A stretch of 64,000 nt of DNA from Paecilomyces variotii (taxonomy: Eukaryota), in NCBI GenBank assembly GCA_004022145.1, contig RCNU01000013.1; one strand, given 5' to 3'. Each line of letters opens with the position of its first letter. The stretch's first letter is position 1. A program made the translations under genes and the position numbers. The notes beneath the pieces are model-generated. The model did no database searches. It saw nothing but the letters and a program-made list of their open reading frames with translations, and had not been told where the DNA came from. Of the stretch, positions 26,089 to 39,356 are shown piece by piece.

Positions 26089-27216
26089 ATGGCTGTGCGT
26101 GCGCAATTCGAGAATTCCAACGAGTACGGTACACCCCGCGAGTTCTATATCGTGACCTTCGTTTATGCTGCGCTACTTTTCAAAATGGGATTATATATAT
26201 ATATGGAGTATGTGACTGACGGGATTTTGCAGGGTCGGTGTCTTTGCGACTCTCACCAACTCATACGCCCTCGTGGCCATCGGTGCGTCGGAGAACTTTT
26301 ACAGGTACTTATTGAGCCAATCCGCCTTTTTTTTGGGGGTCCCTTCAGTGACTATTCGTCCTGAGAGACTTTTACTTGGGGGTCAAAATATACTGAGATT
26401 TTTTCTTTCGTACATAGTGTTTTCGAGGCCGAACTCCAGGATGTCATTCCTATCTGCCATGCCACCATCGCCGGTACCCGCATTGTCGGTCGGTTAACTG
26501 CTGGGTAGGTCCTTCTATATTACATTGCTCGTTTCCTGAAGATAGGAGGAATAGCTGGAATCGAAAGACTGACGGAATACCCGCGATGCAGAAACCGCAA
26601 AGGTCTTCTCGTCCCAACCTCCACCACAGACCAGGAACTGCAGCATCTGCGAAATTCACTACCAGATTCAGTCAAAATACAACGGATAGAAGAGCGTCTA
26701 TCAGCGCTCGGGAACGTCATTTGCTGCAACGATCACGTCGCGCTCGTGCATCCTGATCTGGAGAGGGAGACGGAGGAAATGTGAGTGTTTTTTTTTTCCC
26801 CCTCTCGAAGTTCATCTCCAGAAAAGAGATTCGGACTGACATTCTCCGCTACTAGTATTGCCGATGTACTTGGTGTCGAAGTTTTCCGTCAGACTATCGC
26901 CGACAACGTCCTGACGGGTTCATACATGGCCCTTTCAAACCAGGGTGGTATCGTCCATCCCAAGACCTCCATTCGTGACCAAGACGAGCTCTCTTCGCTT
27001 CTGCAGGTTCCCCTCGTTGCTGGTAGTGTCAACCGCGGAAGCCCCGTTGTCGGTGCCGGTATGGTGGTGAACGACTGGCTGGCTGTTACTGGACTCGATA
27101 CGACTGCCACTGAGCTGAGCGTCGTCGAAAGTGTCTTCCGCCTGGGTGAGATGGAGGCGAAGGGTCTGGGCATGGGCAATGTCAACAAGGAAAGTCTGGT
27201 TGAGAGTTTCTACTAA
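26089..27216 (+). CDS. tif6: Eukaryotic translation initiation factor 6
   Basis: [36 protein letters not shown]...GNRKGLLVP...[13 protein letters not shown]...[18 protein letters not shown]. Four introns, the first at 26124-26232. Confidence 0.98.
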
Positions 27217-27766
27217 AAAAAGAAAGCAAGGGAACCCTTCTGGATTCCAATGTACTCAACTCTCCTTTGGGCGTAGCGGATCTCGTTTCTCGCATGCCAG
27301 ATCGGATGATGATGACGATGACGATGAATGTTCTAAAAAGACGGCTCGGGAACTTCAGTGGCTGAGGATGAGAATGAGCCCCGCAATAGCTTGGATTGTG
27401 ACGGAAGCTCAAGCTGAGAAAGAAACACGGCCAGGAGAAAGTCTGGGAGTTGAAATGGCTGTGCTCATAACACTCCATCCACTTTGTGTGTGTGCATCAT
27501 GCCAGACCACCACCTTCTCGCCGTGGCCTACACCAGTGCATGTTGTGCTCCCCTCCTAACCTACTATCCATCATCTTTCATATCTGGGAGAAAGAGGGAG
27601 GATCTTTCCTTCAACAGATATCCTGTTCCAAAACCCGTTGTCATCTACTTACTTACTGGCTCTGAACCACCGCATCTATGCATATTAGAACTATTTCCGG
27701 CATGCTATGTGCTATATTATATAGATTACATCCGGTTGAATATCTAATACTTGGGAGCCTTGACAT

Positions 27767-27792
<26 letters not shown>
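27767..27792. repeat. (TC)n microsatellite
   Basis: About 13 TC units between the tif6 and set2 3' ends. Confidence 0.9.
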
Positions 27793-27798
<6 letters not shown>

Positions 27799-28519
27799 AC
27801 ACTCTATGAGAATAGTAGTTATTACTAGTATTATGCGTAAATGCTGCAAAGTGAAGTGCACATATGTATAAAATAAAATCAACACTGCTTTTTGTTTTAT
27901 TTTCCTTCCCTCCCTTATCTCTCTCTCTCTCTCTACTTCATTTTTGGTTCAAGATTACAAGAGCGTTAATACATCTCGGGAAGAAAAAAGGAAAAGAAAA
28001 GAAAAGAACAAAAAGCAAAATAAAAACCCCAAGCACAGTTCCACCTACGTAAAAGAGATAGATGGGAGGAGCCGGGGAGGGGTATAGCGGAATTTGATCC
28101 TTTCTTTCTTCCTTTTTAAGACATATAATGTGAAGAAGGAAGGGAGGAAGGAAAAAAGACCATCAGCCGTCCCCTGTTAGATTCAGCTAATGGAGAGAAA
28201 GAGAGAGGAAAGAAAACAGAAAAGGAAAAAAAAAGAGAAAAGAAAACTTGCGCCGCCTGGGTATGATGATGATGATGATAATGATCCGGCACTGAAACTG
28301 TTTAGTGCTGTAGATGGATGATAATACATGAGTGGTTTTTCCCCAAGAATATGGTCTAATCACATTCTAGAAAGACATGGTGTTCGCGAGGTAATTATGG
28401 GATAGGCCAGGATGGATGAGAGGGTATAAGGAGGAGGAGATTTAGAATCGGAGAAAATATAGTGGATGGCGTAGATGGAAGTCATCTTCAAGGCACTGGC
28501 CGAGGGAAACTGGCTAATG

Positions 28520-31500
28520 CTATACCTTTCCCTCGATGCTCATTTGTGAAGGCTTGAGTTCGTCTTTTCGGTCGGGTGGGAAATCACCCGAAGCTATATG
28601 ATCCAAGACCATCTTGCCATTTGATGTATCGTTATGCCCACCCATCTGATGATCTTCGTCACGATTCTCGTCGACGGTGGCTTCTTCGGGAGGAGGCGGC
28701 GGCGGCGGCGGAGGTGTTTGCGATCTCGGCCTCTTAATGGGAGAGTGTTCGCCGTCTCCAGCTTTATCATCGTGGTTGCCATCACGCTTTCTCTTGAGAC
28801 TGCCGCCTTCCTGTTCAGCTTCGTCTTCGGGATCTCCTGGCGGTGGTGGAGGTGCTGGAGGTGTCGATGTCTGACTTCCCCCTTCGCGTTTAGGGTCGTC
28901 CCCTTCATTATCGGACATCTTGAAGTCCTCATCATCACTTCCATCCTCCTTGGCCGCTGCAGAGTCTGCCTCCGCTTTGGTCTCACTGCCCGTCGGAGTC
29001 TCCCCTTTCTCCTGAGCCTCCTTGGCCTTCCTCTCGGCTCTCTTCTTCTCATATTCGCGGTGTTTTACAACAGCCTTATCGAAGTACTCCTTGCAAAACT
29101 TTTTCACCTGTTTCTGCTTCTTTTCACTGATCTGATTTGGATCTTCAACGCGATTGTTCTTGAAATCCGAGTTAACAAGTTTCTTTGCTAGCTGCAGCGC
29201 AGATGTTAGTGTTAATTCTTATGTCTCTTGGTTTGCTTTGATCGGCTCACCTCTTTCGCATAGCGCTTAAGTTCCTCCTTCGGAAGCTTGTGCTTGAACT
29301 TGTCCATCACATATTTGACATGAGGGAAGAGCTAGAGAGAGATCAGTCTATAGTCTTAAATAGAGCAAAAGTGATGTACTCACTGTATTTTCGTAAAGCC
29401 TCTTCTGCTTTTCCTCACTATAAGTCCTCCATTTCTCCTTGCTATCCTTCTTCTCTGACGATGGCTTGGCTCCCTGGGGTGTTGCGGGTGTCGCAGTCTT
29501 CTCTTTCGGTGTGTGCTCCTTGGCATTCATAATACCGTCAATGATATCTTGTAGTGCCTTATCCTTCGATTCCGGTTTAGGAGGCGGAGGGGGCTGCGGT
29601 GCGGGCACGGTTGGCCTTGTCCAGGTAGTGTCGCCTCGAGCAGAGTAATAGTACGTCCTGCCATTCGATTCAGCTGCAAACCAGCCTGGAGGTAGGGGAT
29701 TGAATTGGCGCCGGAAGGGCCTGGGGCGATGTCCATGGCCGCCACGTCCCTGTGCAGCAGGGCCACGAGGAGCTTCGATAGACCGCGATCTTGACCGTGA
29801 GCGCGACTTGGATCTCTTTCGCTCGTCATGAGTTGACTCACGACGTGCGAACTGATTCACGGCTGAAGCTGGTGCATTCGCGGTCGGGTCTCTCTTCATC
29901 CGCGGAATCCGGTAGCCCACTTCAAGCGTCGCCCAAACGGATAGAAGGGCAGCAGCTTTCTTCTCCACGCGCTCATCACCACAGTGAGTCAACGGTTGTA
30001 CCGTAGATTCGATCTTGGAGTCGATGATTTTATTGCGAGTGAGCCGAGGGAACTTGTCCAGGATATCCAGGATCTGAAGCACGACATTATGATCATCCTT
30101 CCATGTGCTTAGTTGCGAATTGAGGATCTGATATCCGTGCATCTTCACCACGCGATTGCGCACACGCTCGTCTTCACCACGCTGGATACGGCCAAGCAGC
30201 TTCACGGCGATCCATTTCTCCTTGCACTGCATCAAGGCTGCCATGACCTTGGTGACCCCGTCCTCGTCCAACGACTTAGGCTGCACGCTGTCGACATATT
30301 CCTCGTCATCCTCACCGGTCTTCTTCTTGCGCGGCTTCTTCGCAACAGCGGTGTCCCAACCATCTGCATCTTCAATTCCAAGGGCTTCGATAGTCGCGTT
30401 TGACAGCTTGGTAGCACGCTCTGTCTGCGTCTTGCCGCCAATAAATCCTGTACAATTCGGCTCGCCACAATAGCATGGTTGCGGATCCGCTCCATAACGA
30501 TCGACGTTGTAGTTGAAGACCAACTCTTCGCCTTCTTTAATGTGCCGCTCGGCAAAGATGCCCATACGGAGCTTTTCGCCCACCACCCATTTGTCCACGT
30601 AACAGTTGGGATTGCAAGAGTGATTGCAGAAACGGCCCAGATTGCCTCTCTTTGTCGCATCGACAAACTCACCCTTGCTCAGAGACATGAAATAGAAATG
30701 CTTGATGCCTTCCTCATCATATTGGCGCATGCGACGTCGGAACTGAGCCTCATTGATCACCTCGCCCACGTACTCGAAGATAAACTGATGGGGCCGCATG
30801 TCAGTTTCGGCGCGGAGTCCAAATCCCTTCTTGTCCGTCTTGATGACAGCCACTTTCGCGTACTCTTTGCGCTGGAATCGCTGATTTTGGCAGTCCGATC
30901 CACAGCCACAATCTCCAACACACTCCATCTTCGTGGCGCGGTTAATACAATCGGAGTCTTCTCCACATGCATGATTTTTACCGGCCACAGGGTCTAAATA
31001 TACGGTTCTGTCAGAAATAGAAAATACACCAAAAACCAGATCAGGACAAGTCAATACAAATGTAGAAGCGGTATGCAAAATGATAGTCGGGCCGCAGAAG
31101 GGATTGGGGAAAATTTCAATGATGGACATGGGGGGTTATGAAGCTTACCCCACTCCTCAGCACAATCGCAATCCATCGCGTGTTCCGTGTATCCCATATA
31201 TTTGTTAGCATAGGTACACTCTTCCATCATCTGGAAGGTAGCTTGAGCCTCTGCGGTACTATCTGGCAAATGATTGAGTAGCTGAGGCGGTCGCGAAAAT
31301 TTCTGTGAGGCACTGCGAGACAGCTTGGGAGGCTGGCCGGGCTCCATCTTGACCGTGATGTCGCCGCCCACCTTCTCCTCGACCTCGCTGTCATCGCCAT
31401 CTTTCTTGACAGGAGAACGCGGGGCGCTTCTTGGCTTTACAGAGGACGAAGATACTCCGTTCGTGGCCGCCGTAGCAGCGGGTTTGGAGCCCGCAGGTGA

Positions 31501-31638
31501 CTCCGAGCCCTTGCTCGCGGACTCATCTCGGGAGCCTCCATTAACGTCGGGGCTATCAGCGGAATCTTCCAGCTTGATGTCTGTTACGGCCGCCGCTACG
31601 GATTCTGGCTTGACGTCCGTATGGTCATGGGAGGACAT
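28520..31638 (-). CDS. set2: Histone H3K36 methyltransferase Set2 (AWS-SET-postSET, WW, SRI), ~950 aa
   Basis: Exons 31149-31638, 29384-30993, 29251-29331 and 28520-29191. SET motifs [10 protein letters not shown] and EELVFNY, post-[15 protein letters not shown] domain LPPGW...YYY...TTWTRP, SRI region. Confidence 0.97.
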
Positions 31639-33043
31639 GACGAAACGGACGACGCGTTAGAACCAATGCTCAGCACACGGAGCGGGGGTTGGATCGATTT
31701 GCTTGAAGAAGAGGTTGACGAGCAAGTAAGGTTGACGAAGGACGTCGCGGTTGGCGCCAAGAAAACTGAGGGATAGCGAAGGGCGAAAAAGGGATCGTCA
31801 GCCTCGCCGGCACGCGCCGCCAAATAGCTTCCACCACGAGCAGCAGCGCAATCAGAATCTCTGTGTCGCGATGATGGTGACCTGAGAAGTCCCAAAATAA
31901 AGAAGAAAGCAACTGTCGCGTAGATATCTGATCGGTCCCTTCAAAGCGTCCGTGTGAGAGGGTCGCCGGTCACGATGAAAAAGAAACAGGCCAGAAGTTC
32001 AGTGACAGGCCACACGAAAATTGAGCATTCACGTAGAACAGCAGCGGAACTATAGCAAACTCAAATCACGACTGATAGATAATAAGAGAATGACTTCCAG
32101 TGTTCCTGGAGACAAGATGAAGAAAAATCCGTTGGCAGATGAACGCGCTTCTTCGGCAAGCTCCCGACACCTCGGGATGAAAACAGAAAAGGAAATAAAT
32201 AAAAAAAGGAAAAAACACAGGCCAGCACAGTCACAATGGATCTCGCATGACTTCTCCTGGTCAAGGTGGTAATAGTCCGTGGCGCAGGGAGATGGGAGGC
32301 TGCAAAATGAAAGAGAGGAGGATGGAGATTGCGAGTTCTAGATGGGGGAATGAGAGAGCCAAACGGCCGGATCCTGCGCTGGCGGTTTCCGACTCGCCGC
32401 TGGCCTTTGCGCTCCTACATACAATTGCCGCCTCAATTGCTGTGAATCAATGCACGAGCTCATCTCTCATTGTAATCTGACTGTGTACCTAAAGCAGAGC
32501 TTCCTCGTTATGCGCAAGATGTCTTGCACGCTCACATTGGACCACATATACGGTTGCCATGCCGAATGGATTCTGCAGCATTTTCCCCTGCCCCGACGAT
32601 AGCATCTATATTCGCAGCTCACATCAGAAATTTCAACGCGAAGAAAATAAATATATCCAATATCTCCAATAGCAGTACAGCAGCAGATAGATAAATGATA
32701 ATAGATAACATCAACCCCCAATGAAAAGGGTTAGGAGAAAGCAAGCGAAGAGTCCATAGTTATAGGGCATTTCTGGGCTCTTCACGCCAACAGATCGACA
32801 TCCCAAGCGATGCTGGCACTTGAAAATAAACGACAAAAGAAAGAACTGGCCGTACTCTCCTGCAGCGTACATATGAGAATCGCGCTGTGCCAACCCGCTA
32901 TCCCTGCACCTCCACTGGAACTGTTGTTAGCCAGTCGATGAAGCGTAGACGAAGATGCTCCGGTCATCGCTGGCACGGCACTGCAGCCGCCGCGGCTGCG
33001 TCTAACCACACAGGCTGATTATTCTGCGGCGGAAGATCGGAGG

Positions 33044-33067
33044 TTTTTTTTTTTTTTTTTTTTTTTT
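33044..33067. repeat. Poly(T) tract, 24 nt
   Basis: Read directly. A similar poly(A) tract of about 25 nt lies at 39230-39254. Confidence 0.9.
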
Positions 33068-36000
33068 AATTCTATCGAGGCCATCGACGTGGCCGTGCGT
33101 CACACAATCATGGTTTTGGGGACTGTGATTGCCGCAAAAGCCTGGAGGGCGGTGTAGAGAGGCTCTCCCAAATATAAAGATGGCTGAGCAAGACCCTGAG
33201 GGAGAAGGGACAGGGAGAAGACCATGGCTCATGCTCATCTATTACTTACCTTGCCTTCTGGATCCATCAGATGTTGTTTCTTTGTCCGTTTCAGATGAAC
33301 TTATTTGGGAAAAAGACGTCGTACTTATGGGTTGTTGCACCGCCAGCCACGAGGGGCACGCCCGTGCCCGAGAAGAGAGAGAAGACGCCCCTAGATCTGC
33401 GTTTGTCAGCTATGCACTCACAGCATCAGTCCAACCCAGCAGACGGGTGGTTGAGAGGTATCCGAGATTCGGGACAATGTGGCGGCGAGAAATGGCCTCG
33501 TGAGGTCTGTTCTGACAGAGGGCGCTTCACGAGATGAGCTCATTGGTAGGCCTTCCCCCCAACAACGCGGGGTTGGAGGGGAAATGTCTTTGAGCTGAAA
33601 AGAGTAATCAACTTCACAGCAGTCTGGGAGGAGCTTCGTGGTCGGGATGCTGCTCTGGCAAGGCTAAGAGCTGCTGGGGACCGCAGAACTGGCGGGGATA
33701 CGTCGCAAAGGCGATCATCCGCACGCTCCTAGATTGGACGACAGCAGCTAGATAGAGAGGCTCTGGATGGTGAGGTCTCGACAGATCTGGATGCTGCCCG
33801 GCATGAACGGGTGCTGTGCGTGGAACGGGCCGCTCAGGGAGCCGCTACTGCTGGTTAAAGCTGTGATGGTTGATTGAAATCTATGCATCGATCTCCCGGA
33901 GCAGAACCAAGAGGCGTCATGGAGCTAATACTGCACGACTCAGCGTGACTAGAATGCTGCACAGACGGCTCGATATCATCCCATCGGGGTCAGTCAACCA
34001 AAGAGCGTCTGCAACGGTTGGTGGTGGAAGGCATCCATTGTTACCTTCGATCCTCCATCGGGGCGTATCGCTCAGACACCGTCCCATGATGATACATACC
34101 CCATCCCCAACCGCCATGATGGCGATGCGCAGAGAGGGGGATGACATCCGGCTGAGAGGGGCTGGGGAGCGAGCAACTGCGCATTTCTCAGACATCCACG
34201 ATATCCATGGTATCGATGCAGGATATCGTCTGTCCGGAACAACAATCATGGGCCATGGTTCCTTGCCAGCAGATCGCGCAGGAACAGGGAGGTCCCGCCT
34301 TTGCTTGTCCGGCTGGTTTCACATCGACTGCTCTTGGCTCCATTCTGCATTTAATTTACTTTTCCCGCGTCTGCAGGCGAAGTTTGATGGAGATGCTAAA
34401 CTGAGTCGGTACTAACGTCCCCGGTTGCTGCGACTTGCAGGCGCCATTCCGGGTCCACCGAAGGCGACGTACCCTGTACTTCCTGGCGCTGTACTCTGTG
34501 CAATGTTGCCGCTGTATAACGCTGGTTGGGATGGTTGACGGCGCTCTTAGACGCCAGAAGAGAATAATAATAGCACTGATGACATAGGGATGTTTCCGGG
34601 GGTCCAACTGTCCAGTGAAGCCAGCAACACCGGCGGTCAGGTTCCACGCAGGGCAGCTTGCGTGCTCTTGCGCTCGACTTGTTCTCTCTATCATCATATC
34701 GTTGTTGTCTTTTTCAGGACAGAAAGAGTATTATGATTACCCTACTAGGCTGCATGCAAGTGGCGCACCCGAGCTCCAGTTGCTGCAGGCCATCGCCCTC
34801 CCTGATTTCTCCTTGTGCAGCAAGTTCCACCAACAGCATTACTTGAATCGTTAGGAGTCATCTAGTTGAACTATTACCGATCCTCCATCGTCGGTGGTTT
34901 AGCTGGGGGTTGGCTGGCCGGGTCGATTCCTCGGTTACAGGATGGACAATATGGACATTCTCCCCGGCACTCCGGACGACTTCAATAGCAATAATAATGA
35001 TTCTGCCTCGTGGACGTCTCTGAGACCGCAAGGAGCTGATCAGGTCCACCCCATCGTTCCTCGTCGCTTCTGGTCGCTGGTCTCGCACTGTCCCTTGCTT
35101 GGGGACGGATCGCCTGTGCCATCTGCCCCGGAGCCAACCTAAGTTTACCTACTCTAGTGTCAAACGTCTCTCGGGAAAAAAAAAGAGAGTAGAGCTCCAG
35201 ACGTGTTCTAGTCCCAGTGCCCTCATCTGATTTCGGTATACTCTGTACTCTCTGCTTCGCCAGAAAAGAGGACCACACCGCAGACGCGCTATCCCGCCAG
35301 GGGCTCTGCCATCGTTTCCCCCCCCCCCCCCGAACCGGCTTTGATGGCCAGAATCCAATCTCAACCTGGTTAAAAGAACCTCCGTCAGAATACTGACCAC
35401 GGAGCAAAAGGGAAAAGCACAACGGATGTCCGTCTGGGAAGTCGTCGACGGATGTTCCACTGTCTTCCAGGACCCGATTTTAACCTTCCGGCTGGCCACC
35501 CTGTTCGCTCCTTCGCCCCGGCTGCGTCCAAGGCGTATTGTATTCCCCCTCTTGGATCCTGGTGGTGGCGGTGATGCCGTCTGCTCTGCGATCAAGAAGG
35601 AATTGTTATGATTAAATGAGTACAGTATGGTGCAGCCGTCCCGAGAAGCGAGCATGCACTGAACCCACTTATTTTGTATATCCACTGCCGTGTCATATCG
35701 CCTTGGATAGCTCCCCTGCAGCCTCTCTTGGCTTCTGTCTTGCCTCTCTCGATCTACCGCTCGTGGCTCAATTACTCTAGATCTGCATCTGCACGGGTCT
35801 CTCCCCGCCTGGTGCTTGGCCTAAAGAACTACCGGGCCTTCCAGATCTGTTTGGCTGGAGCAGTCGTTCTTTCGGAAGGTCTGCGCATAGTATGCTCCTA
35901 GAGTCGACTGGCCGTTTCGCCTAACATTGATTCGTGCCGCCTACCGATCTGCTCACTACTGGACCGTTGCTCGATCATCTAGGACATATCTGGTTGCGGG

Positions 36001-36764
36001 CGACCTGCTCCATCTAACTACGTACGACGACCTCTTGTGCTGCCAGGGTTCTGCGGACGAAGGGCCAGACGAGGCTACCTCTATTACTGTTGGTTTCTCT
36101 CTCTCCTGACTCAGTAGTTCCTGGGAAGCCTTCTCTCGTCCGGTGTTGTCTTCTGTCCTCTTTGGAAGGCTCTGGGCTATTTTTGGCCTCCTATCTCCGC
36201 CCCTCGCGCGGCCTCGTCGCTTTCTCACATATTCTCTCCCCGCCGGGACAACACAGGCGATACAGATTAAATTAAACGGTCCTTCCCATCACTGTTGCCT
36301 CCCGTTGCGTTTTATTTCCCGTGCATTCTTTGTTATCCTAGTTTTAACGACTCATCCTGTTCCCCGTCGGCGAACCATCAATGTTTACTCCACGCTCTCG
36401 CGTGCGACCCGACCCTTGCCCTTTTCTCTTTATGCCTCTCTGGTTGGCCTATTCAGCTCAAGCCACACTCTGTTCACTCGTTCTTCGTCAGCCTGGTGTG
36501 CCTACTGGGCGCGCTCCAACCGTATCCGCGTGGAAAGCGGGAATAGAAACCCAGGGCCCGTCTTGGTGGGCTCTATAGTAGCTCTTGTTGGCCCTCTTGG
36601 TCTTTTTTACGACTTCCGTGACCCATTTCTTATTCCGTCTTTCTTCGGTTATAGGGTGGGGTCTTTTCGCGTGGGGTCCTTTGAAGTTATCGCAAAGCCA
36701 TCACTTTTGTTCAGTCCTTCCGGTTTGGAGAGACGAACCCTCTCATTTCCATGCTGGGCGGGAC

Positions 36765-38060
36765 ATGTCGAGTCCACCGGAAAGGCCATGGACTGAGGAG
36801 GAGAAGGTATGGAACATGATATTCTACATCAACATGGAACCAACACCAACGATGCGGTGGTAGTTCAGGCTATGATACATACAGACTGACAGAGGATAAT
36901 TTTGCCTTGTTTTAGTACGCCTTACTCACCGAGATACTCAAGAAGGCCGGCGTTCCTTCTAGCTATCTGTTCAAGATGATAAATGATCTCCGTATCTCGC
37001 CAAGTTGGACGGAAATTCCTCTGCCTCCAGGTATAGTAGTTCCCCATCTTGTTTCTGTGAACATATCATAAATTGAATTGTGACCTCCTTATCTCTCTCG
37101 AGAGAGTTGGTCCACGGATTAGATGATATCATAAGAGAATCCCCGCTGATTATATTCTTTTAAGGCCGATCCCTCAACTCCTGTCAGACTGCATACAGCA
37201 TCATGTTCCAAGAGTCTTCTCCCATGCAAACGCCTTTCGGATTAGCTCCACAGGCAATATCAACAGTGCGGGCGCCAACACTGGATGCTAATACAACCAA
37301 AAAAAGACCGCTTCAACCATTAGACAGGACAGCCTTCGCCGGCCAGCGAGCTATACGGCCACGGCTACTTGGCCCCTCTGGCACGGAAGGTTCTGTGCAG
37401 ACGCAGCTTACTCCAGGGCTTGAGCCAATTTCTGGAGGAGAGAAACCACCAAAGCCAAGACGTGGGAGGCCAACTAAGGCAGAGTCAGCACGACGGCAAG
37501 CAGAAGCTCAGGCACAAGGCAAAGAATACTCGTCTTCCGGAAGGCAGGGAGCAACCAGACGAGGAAATAAACCCATGCCGTCTGCTGTGGGAAGCACAAC
37601 AAGTGAGGGATGGGTGATCTCACCAAGACCGCTAGTAGATAACCCAGAAACAAGAGCGACGGAGGCAGCATCAGGAGAATCTTCAGGAGCGGCTGGAACC
37701 TCGACACAGGCATGGAGAGAACGGCCCATAGAGGATACAGCACAAGATCAGACGGAATTAACGTCACCACAAGGAGAGATGCGGCCTCAAGCTGAAACGG
37801 AACGGACATTACCGTCCATACAGTCGATGCAACTGGTATTTGGGGGCGATACACCGCGAACGATTCCCGGAACTGCGGGGGTTAGGCCGCTAGGTGCGCC
37901 TCCATTTTCGTATCCTGGAAGCAACCGAGCATTTCCAAGTGTCACAGGTACGTCCAATCCAGGACATCAACAAGGACCAAGTCTCGAAGTATTAGGGGGG
38001 ACCGGAGGAAACCAGGAAACAACACGACGTGAGGGTGGACCAAGTGAAAGCGGAACATGA
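36765..38060 (+). CDS. Putative DNA-binding protein with an N-terminal Myb/SANT-like segment and an AT-hook
   Basis: Exons 36765-36806, 36916-37030 and 37165-38060 join in frame: MSSPPERPWTEEEKYALLTEILKKAG...PSWTEIPLPPGRSLNSCQTAY. AT-hook KPRRGRPTK. Confidence 0.85.
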
Positions 38061-39356
38061 TATGTTACGCTATGCGACGTTATCTGAGCCATGTGCGACG
38101 ACCCTTCAACGGCAGACCGAATAGAAAGCGATTTGCATTGCATTTTTACTCTATTTCCGACATCTTGCAAGCCAGGAAGAAGCCTGGTAAGAAGAGCGAG
38201 GCATAATTAGGAACTTTGCTCTTAGCATTTTTCCGCACATGTTATGTTATGTCTTTCAATAAGTTAGTCCTTGAGGATTTTTCGGCGGCAGGCGTCTCGT
38301 TTTTTCTACTCATATTTCTATTGTTTGTCACGCAAAGCGATATCGTCGAGCATTTTTTTTCTTTCTGCTACAGTTCAGATTACGTTGCATGTTGGAATGA
38401 TCTTCGTCCCAGACGCCATTTCTCTTTTTTTTTCATTTTGCATCTGGCAGCGTGACGTCTACGACTGAACTTCCAACATTTCTTCATTGCAGTCGATATG
38501 CATGGAACAGATACGGCGTTTGCCTTACTTATTTCTTCTGTTTCCGCGGCGCATTCATTATCGTATTCTTCCAATTATCATGGATGCTTTTTTTTTTTTT
38601 CATTCACGGCCGTACCAGATTCCAGAAAGGACTTTTCCACTTCTCGAAAACATCTTTATTCCCTTTTTTTTTTATATCGGCAGTATTTGCGGGCGTCTCT
38701 TTTCTCTATTCTCTATTATCCTTTCGATTTCTTCTCTTCTTCTCCGCGCTCCGGCGCGTCGAGCTTTGTTCTATTGAACATAGGTACTCGGGTCCTGGAA
38801 TGTAACATTATGACCTCCATTTTTTAACGAGGTATTATCTTTATTTCTCATGCAAGTTTTGTTATTATACCATTTATGTATATTAATCTACTGACTGCAT
38901 AAAGCAGAACGGGCATAGTTAAATATACCATTTGCTATTCAAGGGATGTTTCTTTACTCTTGTTGCTATTGATTACCACTGCTGCACTAAGCGTAATACT
39001 TGAAATGCAAGGGAAGGGAAGGGAAGGAATAGTTAAATTATATTACGTCCCATCTCAAATATACCTAATAGATACAAAGTTATATGGATAATGATATAGT
39101 TAACTGTAAACTCAACAATGGAAGGGACAGAAAAGGGGATCGAAGGAGAAAGATACGCGCTCGCTCCATCTAAGTGATTATCGAAACCAAACCTGTTGGC
39201 AGATACATGCTTGCTTCCTACATTCGTTGAAAAAAAAAAAAAAAAAAAAAAAAAGGAACGGAAAAAAGCCCAGATAATTGCTTGCCAACTGATCGATCAG
39301 ACGTCTCACCGTCGCGACCTATGTGGCGAGCTTCCGGGATCTGGATCATCTGGTCG

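Noticed and set aside
33870..36796. ORFs of 110-217 aa in the set2 / AT-hook intergenic region
   Set aside because: Mostly non-AUG starts, UTR-like composition and no recognisable domains.
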